The translations under genes were made by a program, and so were the position numbers. From an uncultured Spirochaetota bacterium (GTDB taxonomy: Bacteria > Spirochaetota > Spirochaetia > SZUA-6 > Fen-1364), in the NCBI GenBank assembly GCA_963820525.1, contig CAWGAA010000003.1, forward strand, positions 672,001 to 736,000: a stretch of DNA of 64,000 nt, written 5' to 3'. The notes under the pieces were generated by a model, which was not told where the DNA came from, ran no database searches, and saw only the letters and a list, made by a program, of their open reading frames with translations. Below, in pieces: positions 35,564-46,374 of this stretch (positions are counted from its first letter, which is position 1; every line of letters starts with the position of its first letter).

Positions 35564-36811
35564 ATGCATCAGGAGGGCCCGACAGCAGTCATTCACCTCG
35601 CCGACAGCCGCCTCATGAGCGAGCTCGGCGACGGCGCCGTGGATCTGGCTGTCACCTCTCCCCCGTACTGGCACATCAAGGATTACGGCTCCCCCGGCCA
35701 GATCGGCTACGGCCAGAGCCTCCATGAATACCTTGCCTCCCTTTTCCTCGTGTGGAGGGAATGCCGCCGCGTCCTCGGCGAGGGCGGCAGGCTGTGTGTG
35801 AACGTGGGCGATCAGTTCGCGCGCTCCGTCGTCTACGGCCGTTATCGCGTCATCCCCCTTCACGCCGAGATCATCAGGCAGTGCGAGCTGCTCGAGCTGG
35901 ATTTCCTCGGCTCAATCGTCTGGCAGAAAAGGACGACGATGAACACCTCCGGAGGGGCGGTGATCATGGGCTCGTTCCCGTTCCCGCCGAACGGCATCGT
36001 GGAGCTTGACTACGAGCACATCCTCATCTTCAAGAAGCCGGGCAAAAGCCGCACGGTCGCGCGAGAGATCAAGGAGGCGTCGCGGCTCACGACGGAGGAA
36101 TGGAAGAGCTTCTTCTCAGGCCACTGGAGCTTCGCGGGCGCACGGAAGAGCGGGGGCCACGAAGCGGCCTTCCCCGAGGAGCTTCCCCGCAGGCTCATCC
36201 GGATGTTCAGCTACAAGGGTGACACGGTACTCGATCCCTTCCTCGGAAGCGGGACCACCGCGGTGGCCGCCCTGGAGCTCGGGAGAAGCGCGGTGGGCTA
36301 CGAGATCAATGAGGAGTTCGCGCGGATGGCGCAGGCCAGGATCAGAAACCGGTTGGGGCCGTTGGGCGGGGACGCGGCGCTCTGCATGCGCGCGAGGGAC
36401 GCAATTCACCCTGTGGAGGAGGCGAGCTACAAGCCGGGAATTGCCGATGCCCAGAGGCCGAGGACAACGGAGAAAAAGAACGGGGGGATCCAGCTCCACA
36501 GCGTGGTTGCCGTGCTGGACGACTGCGCCATCGAGCTCGACTCTGGGGAGGTGGTTCGCTTCCTCGGCGTTCGAATCTCAGACCGAGAGACCGCCAGAAG
36601 ATACATGAAGGAGAAGCTTCTCAGGAAGAAGGTTTTCCTGAGGGACGCGCTCCGCGACGGGGAAGGGCCAACGGCGGCATATGTCTACCTGAAAAACAGG
36701 ATCTTCGTGAACGCGTACCTCATAAAATCCGGGATGGCGACGCCGGACGGCTCGCGGCACAGGCATCGAAAACGATTCGAGGCAATGCGGGAAGACGCGG
36801 CAGAGGCGTAG
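35564..36811 (+). CDS. Orphan beta-class DNA methyltransferase (SPPY, likely N4-C) with C-terminal SNase-like OB domain
   Basis: TSPPYW before DPFLGSGTT; H.A.FP.ELP.RLI; tail VRFLGV...AYVYLKNRIFVNAYLIKSG; no adjacent REase. Confidence 0.88.
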   Translation: MHQEGPTAVIHLADSRLMSELGDGAVDLAVTSPPYWHIKDYGSPGQIGYGQSLHEYLASLFLVWRECRRVLGEGGRLCVNVGDQFARSVVYGRYRVIPLHAEIIRQCELLELDFLGSIVWQKRTTMNTSGGAVIMGSFPFPPNGIVELDYEHILIFKKPGKSRTVAREIKEASRLTTEEWKSFFSGHWSFAGARKSGGHEAAFPEELPRRLIRMFSYKGDTVLDPFLGSGTTAVAALELGRSAVGYEINEEFARMAQARIRNRLGPLGGDAALCMRARDAIHPVEEASYKPGIADAQRPRTTEKKNGGIQLHSVVAVLDDCAIELDSGEVVRFLGVRISDRETARRYMKEKLLRKKVFLRDALRDGEGPTAAYVYLKNRIFVNAYLIKSGMATPDGSRHRHRKRFEAMREDAAEA

Positions 36812-36873
36812 AGGCGAAGCATCGGGAGGCGCCGGAAGCGCGGCGGGGAGGCAAGGCGCGCCGGCGGCACCCG

Positions 36874-37374
36874 CTACAGCCCGAGGGCGGCGCAGAGCAG
36901 GGGAAACTCGTGCTCGAACATCGGGGTGAGAAGGCCCGTCCCCAGCATCCGCCGGATCTCATCGATGTGGAAGAATCGGCCCTCCTGGATCTCGCTAAAA
37001 TCGACGCTGATCTCACCGTCGCACTCGAGGGAAAAGCAGAAGGCGTATTCGGTCTCGAAGCTCCCGCTGTGGTAGAGAAACTCGTAGAGGCGGCGGGCGC
37101 CCGAAGCATCGATTCCCAGCTCCTCCCGCGCTTCCCGAAGCAAAGCCTCTTCGACGCGCTCACCAGCGGTTACGTGCCCACCCACCGACGTATCCCACCG
37201 CCCCGGATTGGTGTCCTTCGTGAGGGCCCTCCTCTGGAGGAAGATGCGCCTCCGCGAGTCCAAGACGTGGAGGTGGACCACGCTGTGAATGAGTCGGGGA
37301 TTGCCGTGGCACTCCGAGCGAGGCGCCTGCCCGATGGGATTCCCGTTTTCATCGACGAGCTGAAACAGTTCCAT
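36874..37374 (-). CDS. NUDIX hydrolase (IDI type 1-like)
   Basis: VDENG, H..VH, QRR..KD..PG.WD.SVGGHV..GE....ALLREAREELG Nudix box. Confidence 0.9.
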   Translation of the reverse strand: MELFQLVDENGNPIGQAPRSECHGNPRLIHSVVHLHVLDSRRRIFLQRRALTKDTNPGRWDTSVGGHVTAGERVEEALLREAREELGIDASGARRLYEFLYHSGSFETEYAFCFSLECDGEISVDFSEIQEGRFFHIDEIRRMLGTGLLTPMFEHEFPLLCAALGL

Positions 37375-37450
37375 AACCCTCCCGGCCGGTGATGATTTCC
37401 CTTCAATAATAATCGATACTACCATATACTACCGTCGAGCGAGGAAAGGC

Positions 37451-38296
37451 ATGCGAATCAGAATCTGGGGTTGCCGCGGATCCCTCACCACCGCGGGGCG
37501 GGACGTGGTCCGCTACGGCGGCTTCACGACGTGCGTCGAAGTGAGGCTTGCCGACGGCACTCTCGTCGTGCTGGACTCGGGCTCGGGGATCCACAAGCTG
37601 GGAAACCGCCTTCAGAGCGAGCCGGGGGTTCGCGAAATGTACCTCCTCCTCACCCATTCCCACTGGGACCACCTCACGGGATTTCCCTTCTTCACGCCGG
37701 CATACCTCCCGGACTACAGGATTCACGTGCGCGGCGGTCCCGACGCGAAGGTCTCGCTTCACAAGTACCTGGCCCATCAGATGGATCCGCCCTATTTTCC
37801 CGTGGACTTCAGCCTCCTCAAGGCGGGCTTCGATTTCGGAAGCGAGGAGTCCCGGACCATCTCCATCGGATCCGCGGTGGCCGTTCCCGTGCCCCTGAGC
37901 CACCCCAACGGCGGCTATGGATTCATCTTCCAGGAGGACGGAAAACGCTTTGTCTTCCTCACGGACAACGAGATCGGTTACTCCCATCCCGGAGGGCTGC
38001 GCGACGTGGACTACCTCGAGGCGGCGCGGGGCGCGGACCTTCTTCTTCACGACGCTCAATACAGCGACGAGGAGTACGCCGCGCGCACGCGAGGCTGGGG
38101 CCACTCCAGCTACTCCAACGCCGCCGAGTTCGCCGTCAAGGCCGGCGTGAAGCGCTTCGGCACGTTCCATCACGACCCGGACCACGGCGACGGGGAGATC
38201 GACGCCTCCATCCGACTGTGCCGCTCGATCATCGAGCGTCATGGGGCGAAAATAGAGTGCTTCGGCGTGGCCGAAGGGATGGTGCTCTCGGTCTGA
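37451..38296 (+). CDS. MBL-fold metallo-hydrolase (phosphodiesterase-like)
   Basis: WGCRGS, RYGG.T.C, THSHWDH, HP.G, TDNE, HDAQY, WGHS, FHHDP. Confidence 0.9.
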   Translation: MRIRIWGCRGSLTTAGRDVVRYGGFTTCVEVRLADGTLVVLDSGSGIHKLGNRLQSEPGVREMYLLLTHSHWDHLTGFPFFTPAYLPDYRIHVRGGPDAKVSLHKYLAHQMDPPYFPVDFSLLKAGFDFGSEESRTISIGSAVAVPVPLSHPNGGYGFIFQEDGKRFVFLTDNEIGYSHPGGLRDVDYLEAARGADLLLHDAQYSDEEYAARTRGWGHSSYSNAAEFAVKAGVKRFGTFHHDPDHGDGEIDASIRLCRSIIERHGAKIECFGVAEGMVLSV

Positions 38297-38308
38297 GAGA
38301 AGAGGCCT

Positions 38309-40606
38309 TCAGCTCCCCGCCTTTCTTGCCAGGTTATACGAGACGAAGGTATCCAGGGAGGAGATGGCGGAGCGGATGTCGGCGTACACGGGGAGCCCTC
38401 CTTCCTCCAGCACGGAAACGAAGTCCCCGTAGTGCCTGCCCGCGTTCACCGAGACGACCATGGGCTTGCTGGAGCGGGAAGCGAGGGACACCAGGAGGCC
38501 GGCAAGGCCGTCGGGTTCGCGGCACGTCTCGGGGATCGTCTTGAGGGTGACGGCGTGGGGGACAATCGCGACGAACACGCAGTCGACGCCGGGATCCCGC
38601 ATCACCGCCTCCACGTAGTCCGCGTACTGCCTGTCGTCCGCCATCGGGGTCACATCGAGGAACGGCGTCGATGTATCGACGAGGCCGGAGCGGTTGATCT
38701 CATTGAGCCTCTCGAGGGTAGCGGCGGAAAGCGCCGCCTGGCGCAGCCCCGCCAGCTCGTCGGCCCCGACCGTGGATTCGAACCCGGCGTTGACCACCCC
38801 CGCCACCCGGTTTCCCGAGGGCGGCCGCGATGCGAGAAGGGAGAAAGTCTTCACGAGGTCGTAGTACTCCTCCATGGTCTTTGCCGGGATGACGCCCGCC
38901 TGCCGGCAGGCCGCCTGAAAGACATCGTAGCTTCCCGACATGGATGCCGTGTGCGACGCCGCCGACCGCGCCCCCGCCTCGGTTCTGCCGCCCTTGTAGA
39001 CCACGATCGGCTTTCCCATGCCAACCGCCATATCGTAGAACCTGCGCCCCTCCCCCGGATCGAAACCTTCCACGTAGATCGCTACCACCCGAATGGAAGG
39101 GTCGCGCTCGAAGTATGCCATGAGATCGGAGAGGTTCACGTCGAACTTGTTTCCGAAGCTCACGACGGAACGCAGCGGCCCGCTGCTCTTCAGCTTGTCC
39201 AGCACGGTCACGGCCAGGGCGCCGCTCTGGGTCAGAAGCACGGCATCGGCGCGCTCCGAGGCCCGGACCTCGAGGCGCTTCTCGTTGATGAAAAGGGTGT
39301 TGATGCCCTTCGCGGCGGGGGCGGCATCCGGGGCGGCGGGCGCTGCAATGTCGCGCGCCCCGCTGCCGGGGGTCCAGAACACGCCCATGCAGTTTGGCCC
39401 CAGAACCCTTACTCCGGGCGGCACCGCCTCCCTGAGCCTCGCCGCGTAGTCCGCATAGCGCATCGAAGCCGGGATGCCGGGAATCAGGATCACGGCTTTC
39501 ACCGCGGTTCCCTGGAGGCTCCGGAGGAAGTCAGGCGCGTTCTGCGCCGGGGCGGCATACACGGCAAGCTCGACGGGCGCGGGCAGGTCCGAGATTCCGC
39601 CGTAGAGGGCGTATTCGCGCTGCCCGAAGCGCAGGGTGCCGCCCCGGGGGTTGATGAGAAAAAGGTCGTCCCGCTCTAGATCGCTCAACAGCTCGGCGAT
39701 GTCCCTCCCGAGGCTGTACTTGGAAAGATCGGACGACACCCCGATAACCGCCACGCCTCGAGGCCGGAACAGCGCGTCGAGGCCTTCGGCATTGGCCCCC
39801 GGCGCCCAGGCGTCGGCGTCAGACGCCGTCCTGAACTCGGCCAGGCCGTCGAGGGCGACGAACCTGTGGTCCTTCGAGATGGCAAAGGGATTCACCTCGA
39901 GCGCCGTAAGGATGAATCCGGGAGAGGCGGCGATGGGCGAGTAATGGTACGCCAGCATGCTCATCCCCGCCACGGCACGCGCCATCAGCTCGAGATACTC
40001 GGGGTGTCCGATACTCTCGAACTTGTTCCTGATGTGCAGGGAGCGCATCAAGTCGAGGGCCGCGGAGTAGTCCATGGGCGGCAGAAAGAGGTTGGCTGGG
40101 TCATAGTTGGCCGCGAAGAACTCGGCGTCATCTCCCCCCTTGCTCACGGTGAGGACCGGCCCGAAGGCTGGATCTTCCCGGAAGCCTACCAGGACCTCGT
40201 AGCCGAGAGCTTGCGTGTGCGGTACGTATTCGACCAGCAGGAAACCGGCGAGCGCCGGCGCCTCGCCCGGGGAGAAGTGAGAAAGGACCTCCTGGCGCAT
40301 CCGCTCCAGGACGAACTGCACGAAGAGCGGGTCCGCGGTGGGGGCTTTTTTCACCCCGCCGATCTTCTGTTTGTGAGGAATGGCCGGCGAGACGATCTTG
40401 GCCACGACGGTATGCCCGAAGCCGGAGAGCTTTCCCGCGGTTACCTCGGCAGGGTCGCGGACAAAGAGGAATCGCGGCGCGTCCAGTCCGATTGTGGACA
40501 GGATGCGGTACACCTCGTGCTCGTAAAGGCTGTGCCTGCCCTCGTCACGGGCCGCGGCGAGGACCCCGTCGATCTGACGGACCATGTCGGACGTGAGATC
40601 GGACAT
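38309..40606 (-). CDS. ADP-forming acetate/acyl-CoA ligase, ATP-grasp domain fused N-terminal to CoA-binding domains
   Basis: KIVSP.I.HK..IGGV, DPAFGPVL, EVNP; then LFRPRGVAVIGVS, GPNCMG, TQSGA, SFGN, ASHTAS phospho-His. Confidence 0.85.
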   Translation of the reverse strand: MSDLTSDMVRQIDGVLAAARDEGRHSLYEHEVYRILSTIGLDAPRFLFVRDPAEVTAGKLSGFGHTVVAKIVSPAIPHKQKIGGVKKAPTADPLFVQFVLERMRQEVLSHFSPGEAPALAGFLLVEYVPHTQALGYEVLVGFREDPAFGPVLTVSKGGDDAEFFAANYDPANLFLPPMDYSAALDLMRSLHIRNKFESIGHPEYLELMARAVAGMSMLAYHYSPIAASPGFILTALEVNPFAISKDHRFVALDGLAEFRTASDADAWAPGANAEGLDALFRPRGVAVIGVSSDLSKYSLGRDIAELLSDLERDDLFLINPRGGTLRFGQREYALYGGISDLPAPVELAVYAAPAQNAPDFLRSLQGTAVKAVILIPGIPASMRYADYAARLREAVPPGVRVLGPNCMGVFWTPGSGARDIAAPAAPDAAPAAKGINTLFINEKRLEVRASERADAVLLTQSGALAVTVLDKLKSSGPLRSVVSFGNKFDVNLSDLMAYFERDPSIRVVAIYVEGFDPGEGRRFYDMAVGMGKPIVVYKGGRTEAGARSAASHTASMSGSYDVFQAACRQAGVIPAKTMEEYYDLVKTFSLLASRPPSGNRVAGVVNAGFESTVGADELAGLRQAALSAATLERLNEINRSGLVDTSTPFLDVTPMADDRQYADYVEAVMRDPGVDCVFVAIVPHAVTLKTIPETCREPDGLAGLLVSLASRSSKPMVVSVNAGRHYGDFVSVLEEGGLPVYADIRSAISSLDTFVSYNLARKAGS

Positions 40607-40822
40607 TCATCCCCCGTGGGGTGAATGTAGCATGCCGCACGCCAAAATGCAGCCATCCGGGCGGGGCGCCGCGGCCGGAATCAGGTCGGTTTTATCCACA
40701 TTTTCTCGGAGATGGTTCATATTCCGCACGCCGAACTAGAGGCATTTTTATCGTTGAATGCTCAGAAAAACGTTTCTCGCTGCGTTGCACAGGGAGTCGC
40801 CATCACCTCGGGAATCAAATAG

Positions 40823-42361
<1,539 letters not shown>

Positions 42362-42422
42362 TGGCCTTGCTCGGCCAGCGCGGCCGGATGTATTATCCAA
42401 TGGGGAAGAGAAAGGCTCGCCT

Positions 42423-44351
42423 ATGAGTTGGCAATACCTTCGGGCTTCCATCGAAGGCGGATTCTGGAGGGATCTGCGATCACTGGTGCGCGAGCGCGTG
42501 CTTCCCTACCAGTGGCAGGCCTTGAACGACGAGATTCCCGGCGCGCCCAAAAGCCACTCAATGGAGAATTACAGAATTGCCGCCGGTTTGAGCCAGGGAG
42601 AGTATCACGGCATGGTCTTTCAGGACAGCGACCTCGCCAAGTGGCTCGAAGCGGCCGGTCACATCCTGACGGACCCGGGGGAGGAGAAAGGGCGTATCAC
42701 GGCATGGGTGGATGAAGCCATCGACGTCATCGCGGCCGCTCAACAGGAGGACGGCTACCTCGATACCTACTTCACCGTGAAGGAGCCGGGACGGCGCTGG
42801 AAAAACCTGCGCGAAGCGCACGAGCTGTACTGCGCAGGCCACATGATCGAGGCGGGGGTGGCGGCGTATCGGGGCACGGGAAGCAAGAAGATCCTGGAGG
42901 TCGTGCGGCGCCTGGCGGACCACATCGACTCCCGCTTCGGACCCTCGGGCAAGATCAAGGGCTACCCCGGACACCCGGAGGTAGAGCTCGCCCTGGTCAA
43001 GCTCTACCGCCTGACCGGGGAAAAGCGCTACCTGTCCCTGGCCAAGTTTTTCGTGGACGAGCGCGGAAGCTCGCCGAACTACTTTCTCCAAGAGGCCGCT
43101 GCCCCCGATTTCACGCCGATCTGGGACATCCGCGATATGGAGTACTTCCAGGCGCACCTTCCCGTTCGCGAGCAGACCGAGGCCACGGGCCATGCCGTAC
43201 GCTTGATGTACCTCTGCACGGCAATGGCCGACATTTCCCTGGAGACGGCGGACGAGGAGCTTGCCCGCGCCTGCGAGAGGCTCTGGGAAAGCGCTGCGAT
43301 GCGGCGGATGTTCGTGACGGGTGGAATCGGCACCGCGGCGCATCACGAGGCGTTCACCTTCGACTTCGACCTGCCCAACGATTCGGCGTACGCGGAGACC
43401 TGCGCCGCGATCGGTCTTTTCATCTTTTCAAACCGGATGGCGGTCCTCAGCAGCGACGCGCGCTATGCCGACGTCATGGAGCGCGCCATCTACAACGGCG
43501 CCCTCGCCGGCCTCGCCCTCGACGGGCGGGCGTATTTCTACGTGAATCCGCTGGAGGTGCTCCCCGAAGCCTGTGACAGGAATCCGGCGCTGAAACATGT
43601 GAAATACAGGCGGCAGCCGTGGTACGGGTGCGCCTGCTGCCCGCCGAACATCGCACGCATTCTCGCCTCCCTGGGAGAGTACGTCTACCACGCGGACGGG
43701 GACACTCTCTTCGCGGACCTGTACCATGACGGCTCGATCTCCTGCGAGCTTGAGGGCAGGCAGGTGGCCATCCGCCAGCGGACCGACTATCCGTGGACGG
43801 GATCGATCGTGCTGGAGCTCGCCGCGGACCGGCCGGCTGAATTCGAGCTCGCGCTGCGCATCCCCGGCTGGTGCCGCAATCCGTCGTTGGCCCTCAACGG
43901 GAAGGCGCAGGATGTGTCCTCCGCCATGAGGAAAGGGTACGCGCGCCTGCGGAGGGTCTGGCGAAAGGCGGATCGCCTCGAGCTTACCCTTCCGATGCCC
44001 GTCGAGCGGATGCGGGCGGATCCCCGGGTGAGGGCAGATTACGGGAAAGTGGCGCTCCAGAGGGGTCCCATCGTCTATTGCCTGGAGGAAACGGACAACG
44101 GCCCGAACCTCCACATGATAACGCTTCCGCCCGAGGCGGCTCTCAGCACGACGGAGCGTCCCGACATGCTCGGCGGGATCGTGGCGGTGAGGGCGAGCGG
44201 CCGCGTCTCTAGCGGCGGCGTACCGGCGGCAGGGCTGTATCGGAACGGCGCCCGTCCCGCCGCCACCGAAGAAAAGCAGCTGCTCTTCATCCCCTACTAT
44301 TCATGGGCGAACCGGGAGCCCGGGGAGATGACTGTCTGGGTGCAGGAATGA
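42423..44351 (+). CDS. GH127 beta-L-arabinofuranosidase
   Basis: FQDSDLAKWLEA, HELYCAGH, GHPEVELAL, GHAVR, ETCAAI, CACCPPN; start ATG 42423. Confidence 0.93.
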   Translation: MSWQYLRASIEGGFWRDLRSLVRERVLPYQWQALNDEIPGAPKSHSMENYRIAAGLSQGEYHGMVFQDSDLAKWLEAAGHILTDPGEEKGRITAWVDEAIDVIAAAQQEDGYLDTYFTVKEPGRRWKNLREAHELYCAGHMIEAGVAAYRGTGSKKILEVVRRLADHIDSRFGPSGKIKGYPGHPEVELALVKLYRLTGEKRYLSLAKFFVDERGSSPNYFLQEAAAPDFTPIWDIRDMEYFQAHLPVREQTEATGHAVRLMYLCTAMADISLETADEELARACERLWESAAMRRMFVTGGIGTAAHHEAFTFDFDLPNDSAYAETCAAIGLFIFSNRMAVLSSDARYADVMERAIYNGALAGLALDGRAYFYVNPLEVLPEACDRNPALKHVKYRRQPWYGCACCPPNIARILASLGEYVYHADGDTLFADLYHDGSISCELEGRQVAIRQRTDYPWTGSIVLELAADRPAEFELALRIPGWCRNPSLALNGKAQDVSSAMRKGYARLRRVWRKADRLELTLPMPVERMRADPRVRADYGKVALQRGPIVYCLEETDNGPNLHMITLPPEAALSTTERPDMLGGIVAVRASGRVSSGGVPAAGLYRNGARPAATEEKQLLFIPYYSWANREPGEMTVWVQE

Positions 44352-45208
44352 GCGATCAGCTGAACATCGCTTTCGCCTGTCCCTTCAGGGCAACGGATGC
44401 GACCCACGTCGCCGCCGAGGCGGGAGGGACGCGAGCCTTCGCGGCCGGCCCGGCGGCGAGCCTGCTTTTCATCGCGCGCGGCAAGCTTGAGGCCATCTCC
44501 CGGGACCGGCGGCAGTCGATGCGCGCGGGCGACGCTCTCGTTCTGCCCCCTGATGCCTTGGAAAGACTGACCCTCCGCTATGAAACCGACGTCGAGTACT
44601 ACGCGCTGCGCTTCCGGCTGGCTCGGGATCGAGGCGAGGTTCTCGAGCTCTCGGTGCCGGAGCTGGTCACGGTACCGCGGCCGGGAAGGCTCACCTATAA
44701 CCTGCACCGTTATATGGAAGAATTCGCTCGAGAACAGCCCTCGCGGCTCATTCTCTACCACCTGCTCGTCCTCGCCCTCTGCGAGCTCTCGCACTCATGC
44801 GGAACGGAGGCGGGAATCGAGCCTGAAGCTCCCTGCCTGGAGACCATCGCATCATGGGTGGATGCCTACATCGCCGCCCACTATCACGAGGCGATCGGCA
44901 CGCCGGATATCGCAAGCGCCCTGCGGTACAACCCGGATTACCTGGAGCGCGCTTACCACAGAAAGAAGGGTTTCTCAATACGGGAAGCGATCCACCAGCG
45001 CAGAATGAAGGAGGCGCAGGCCCAGCTCCTCCTACAGAGCGAGCGCCGCGTAGCCGAGATCGCGGCTCTCTGCGGCTACAACGATGCCGGCTACTTCCGG
45101 CGCGTATTCAAGCGTTCCACGAAGATGACCCCCCGGAGCTTCCGAGCCAAGGCGAGCGCCGCCGCCGTCTCGCGGGGACAGTGGAGGAGGCCCGATGCTT
45201 CAGCTTGA
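44348..45208 (+). CDS. AraC-family transcriptional regulator
   Basis: Cupin N-domain; YNPDYLER, IAALCGYNDAGYFRRVFKR..MTP; ATGA overlap with GH127. Confidence 0.88.
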   Translation: MSDQLNIAFACPFRATDATHVAAEAGGTRAFAAGPAASLLFIARGKLEAISRDRRQSMRAGDALVLPPDALERLTLRYETDVEYYALRFRLARDRGEVLELSVPELVTVPRPGRLTYNLHRYMEEFAREQPSRLILYHLLVLALCELSHSCGTEAGIEPEAPCLETIASWVDAYIAAHYHEAIGTPDIASALRYNPDYLERAYHRKKGFSIREAIHQRRMKEAQAQLLLQSERRVAEIAALCGYNDAGYFRRVFKRSTKMTPRSFRAKASAAAVSRGQWRRPDASA

Positions 45209-46028
45209 GATATCAAACGCCGTCGAGGCGCTGAACGGAGGCCTGTTCGTCTCTCCCGGCTATGGCAAGCATCCCACGCGTATCATCGACTCCTACGAGC
45301 TCATCTTCGTGGTCCAGGGAAGGCTCGACATGTTCGAAGAGATGACGACCTACCACCTCGGGCGCTTCCAGACTCTCCTTCTCTTTCCCGGAAAACGGCA
45401 CGGGGGGCTGTATCCCTACCCGTCCGACCTCAACTTCTATTGGGTGCATTTCCGCCTCCGTGACGCCTCATCCCGCGACGTCTCAATCGAAGCCTCCAAG
45501 GTGGCCGCGATCCGCGAGCCCGAAGAGTTGACCGAGCTGTTCTGCCAATTCATCTCCGACCAGGAATCCGGCCTGCTGGAGCCCCTGAGCGCCGGGCACC
45601 TGGTATCGCTGATGCTGTGCGAGATAGACAGGGCGGCCGGCATCCGAAAGCCCGCTCCCTCCGCAGCCGGAGCGGACGTCCGGCGGGAACCATTGCCGAC
45701 GCTCGTTCACCGCTACATCGATGCGAACTTCCAGAAGCCCATCACCAGCGCCGCCATTGCGCGCGACCTGATGTACAGCCCGGACTACCTCGAGCGGCTG
45801 TACCGCAGAACCAGCGAGATGTCGATCACGGAAGCTCTGAATCAGAAGCGGATCGCCGCGGCGCGGGCGCTCCTCATGAAAGAGGGACGGAAGAACGTGA
45901 ACGAGATCGCCTTTGCCTGCGGGTACATGGATCGCGGCTACTTCCGCCGCGTCTTTAAAAAGATCACCGGGCTCACGCCGACGCAGTTCCGCACGCTTTT
46001 CAGCCGCACCCACATCAATACGCACTAG
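45195..46028 (+). CDS. AraC-family transcriptional regulator (paralog)
   Basis: HPTR.IDSYELIFV, FYWVHF, YSPDYLER, IAFACGY.D.GYFRRVFKK.TG.TP. Confidence 0.9.
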   Translation: MLQLEISNAVEALNGGLFVSPGYGKHPTRIIDSYELIFVVQGRLDMFEEMTTYHLGRFQTLLLFPGKRHGGLYPYPSDLNFYWVHFRLRDASSRDVSIEASKVAAIREPEELTELFCQFISDQESGLLEPLSAGHLVSLMLCEIDRAAGIRKPAPSAAGADVRREPLPTLVHRYIDANFQKPITSAAIARDLMYSPDYLERLYRRTSEMSITEALNQKRIAAARALLMKEGRKNVNEIAFACGYMDRGYFRRVFKKITGLTPTQFRTLFSRTHINTH

Positions 46029-46046
46029 ACAGGGCTTTCAGGTACG

Positions 46047-46072
46047 ATTAGTGCAAAAAAAAGCCGATCCGT
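46047..46072 (+). promoter_or_regulatory. Partial copy of the shared AGTGCA motif upstream of araA
   Basis: AGTGCAAAAAAAAGCCGATCCGT matches the 54828-54850 copy at 19 of 23 positions. Confidence 0.5.
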
Positions 46073-46144
46073 GAGTCGCCAATCCCACGCCTTCATGTTT
46101 TCATGATGGTCTAGAGCATTGCAGTTTTACCTCCACGCGGGCGT

Positions 46145-46174
46145 TCGGCGCGGGGAAGCTCTTCCCCGCGCCGA
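46145..46174 (+). other. GC-rich perfect stem-loop
   Basis: TCGGCGCGGGGAAG-CT-CTTCCCCGCGCCGA, followed by only a short T tract. Confidence 0.75.
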
Positions 46175-46192
46175 CTTTGAAACAGGGGTGGC

Positions 46193-46345
46193 ATGATGGA
46201 GCATTTCGTACAACTCGCCAACGTATCCAAGACCATCCTGGGCGGCTGGACGAGCCTCATCTCTGGGCTTATCATCGTCATCTCGGTGTCGCTTCAGACA
46301 CTGGTGAGCAAGAGGTCACATAAAGCCGGCTTTGCCGGCGCCTGA
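46193..46345 (+). pseudogene. 50-codon chimera of a sugar-ABC ATPase N-terminus and a permease C-terminus (deletion scar)
   Basis: SD AGGGGTG; MMEHFVQLANVSKT | [36 protein letters not shown]. Confidence 0.55.
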
Positions 46346-46374
46346 AAAGACCGAGCGAGAGGGAGGAGTCTCCA

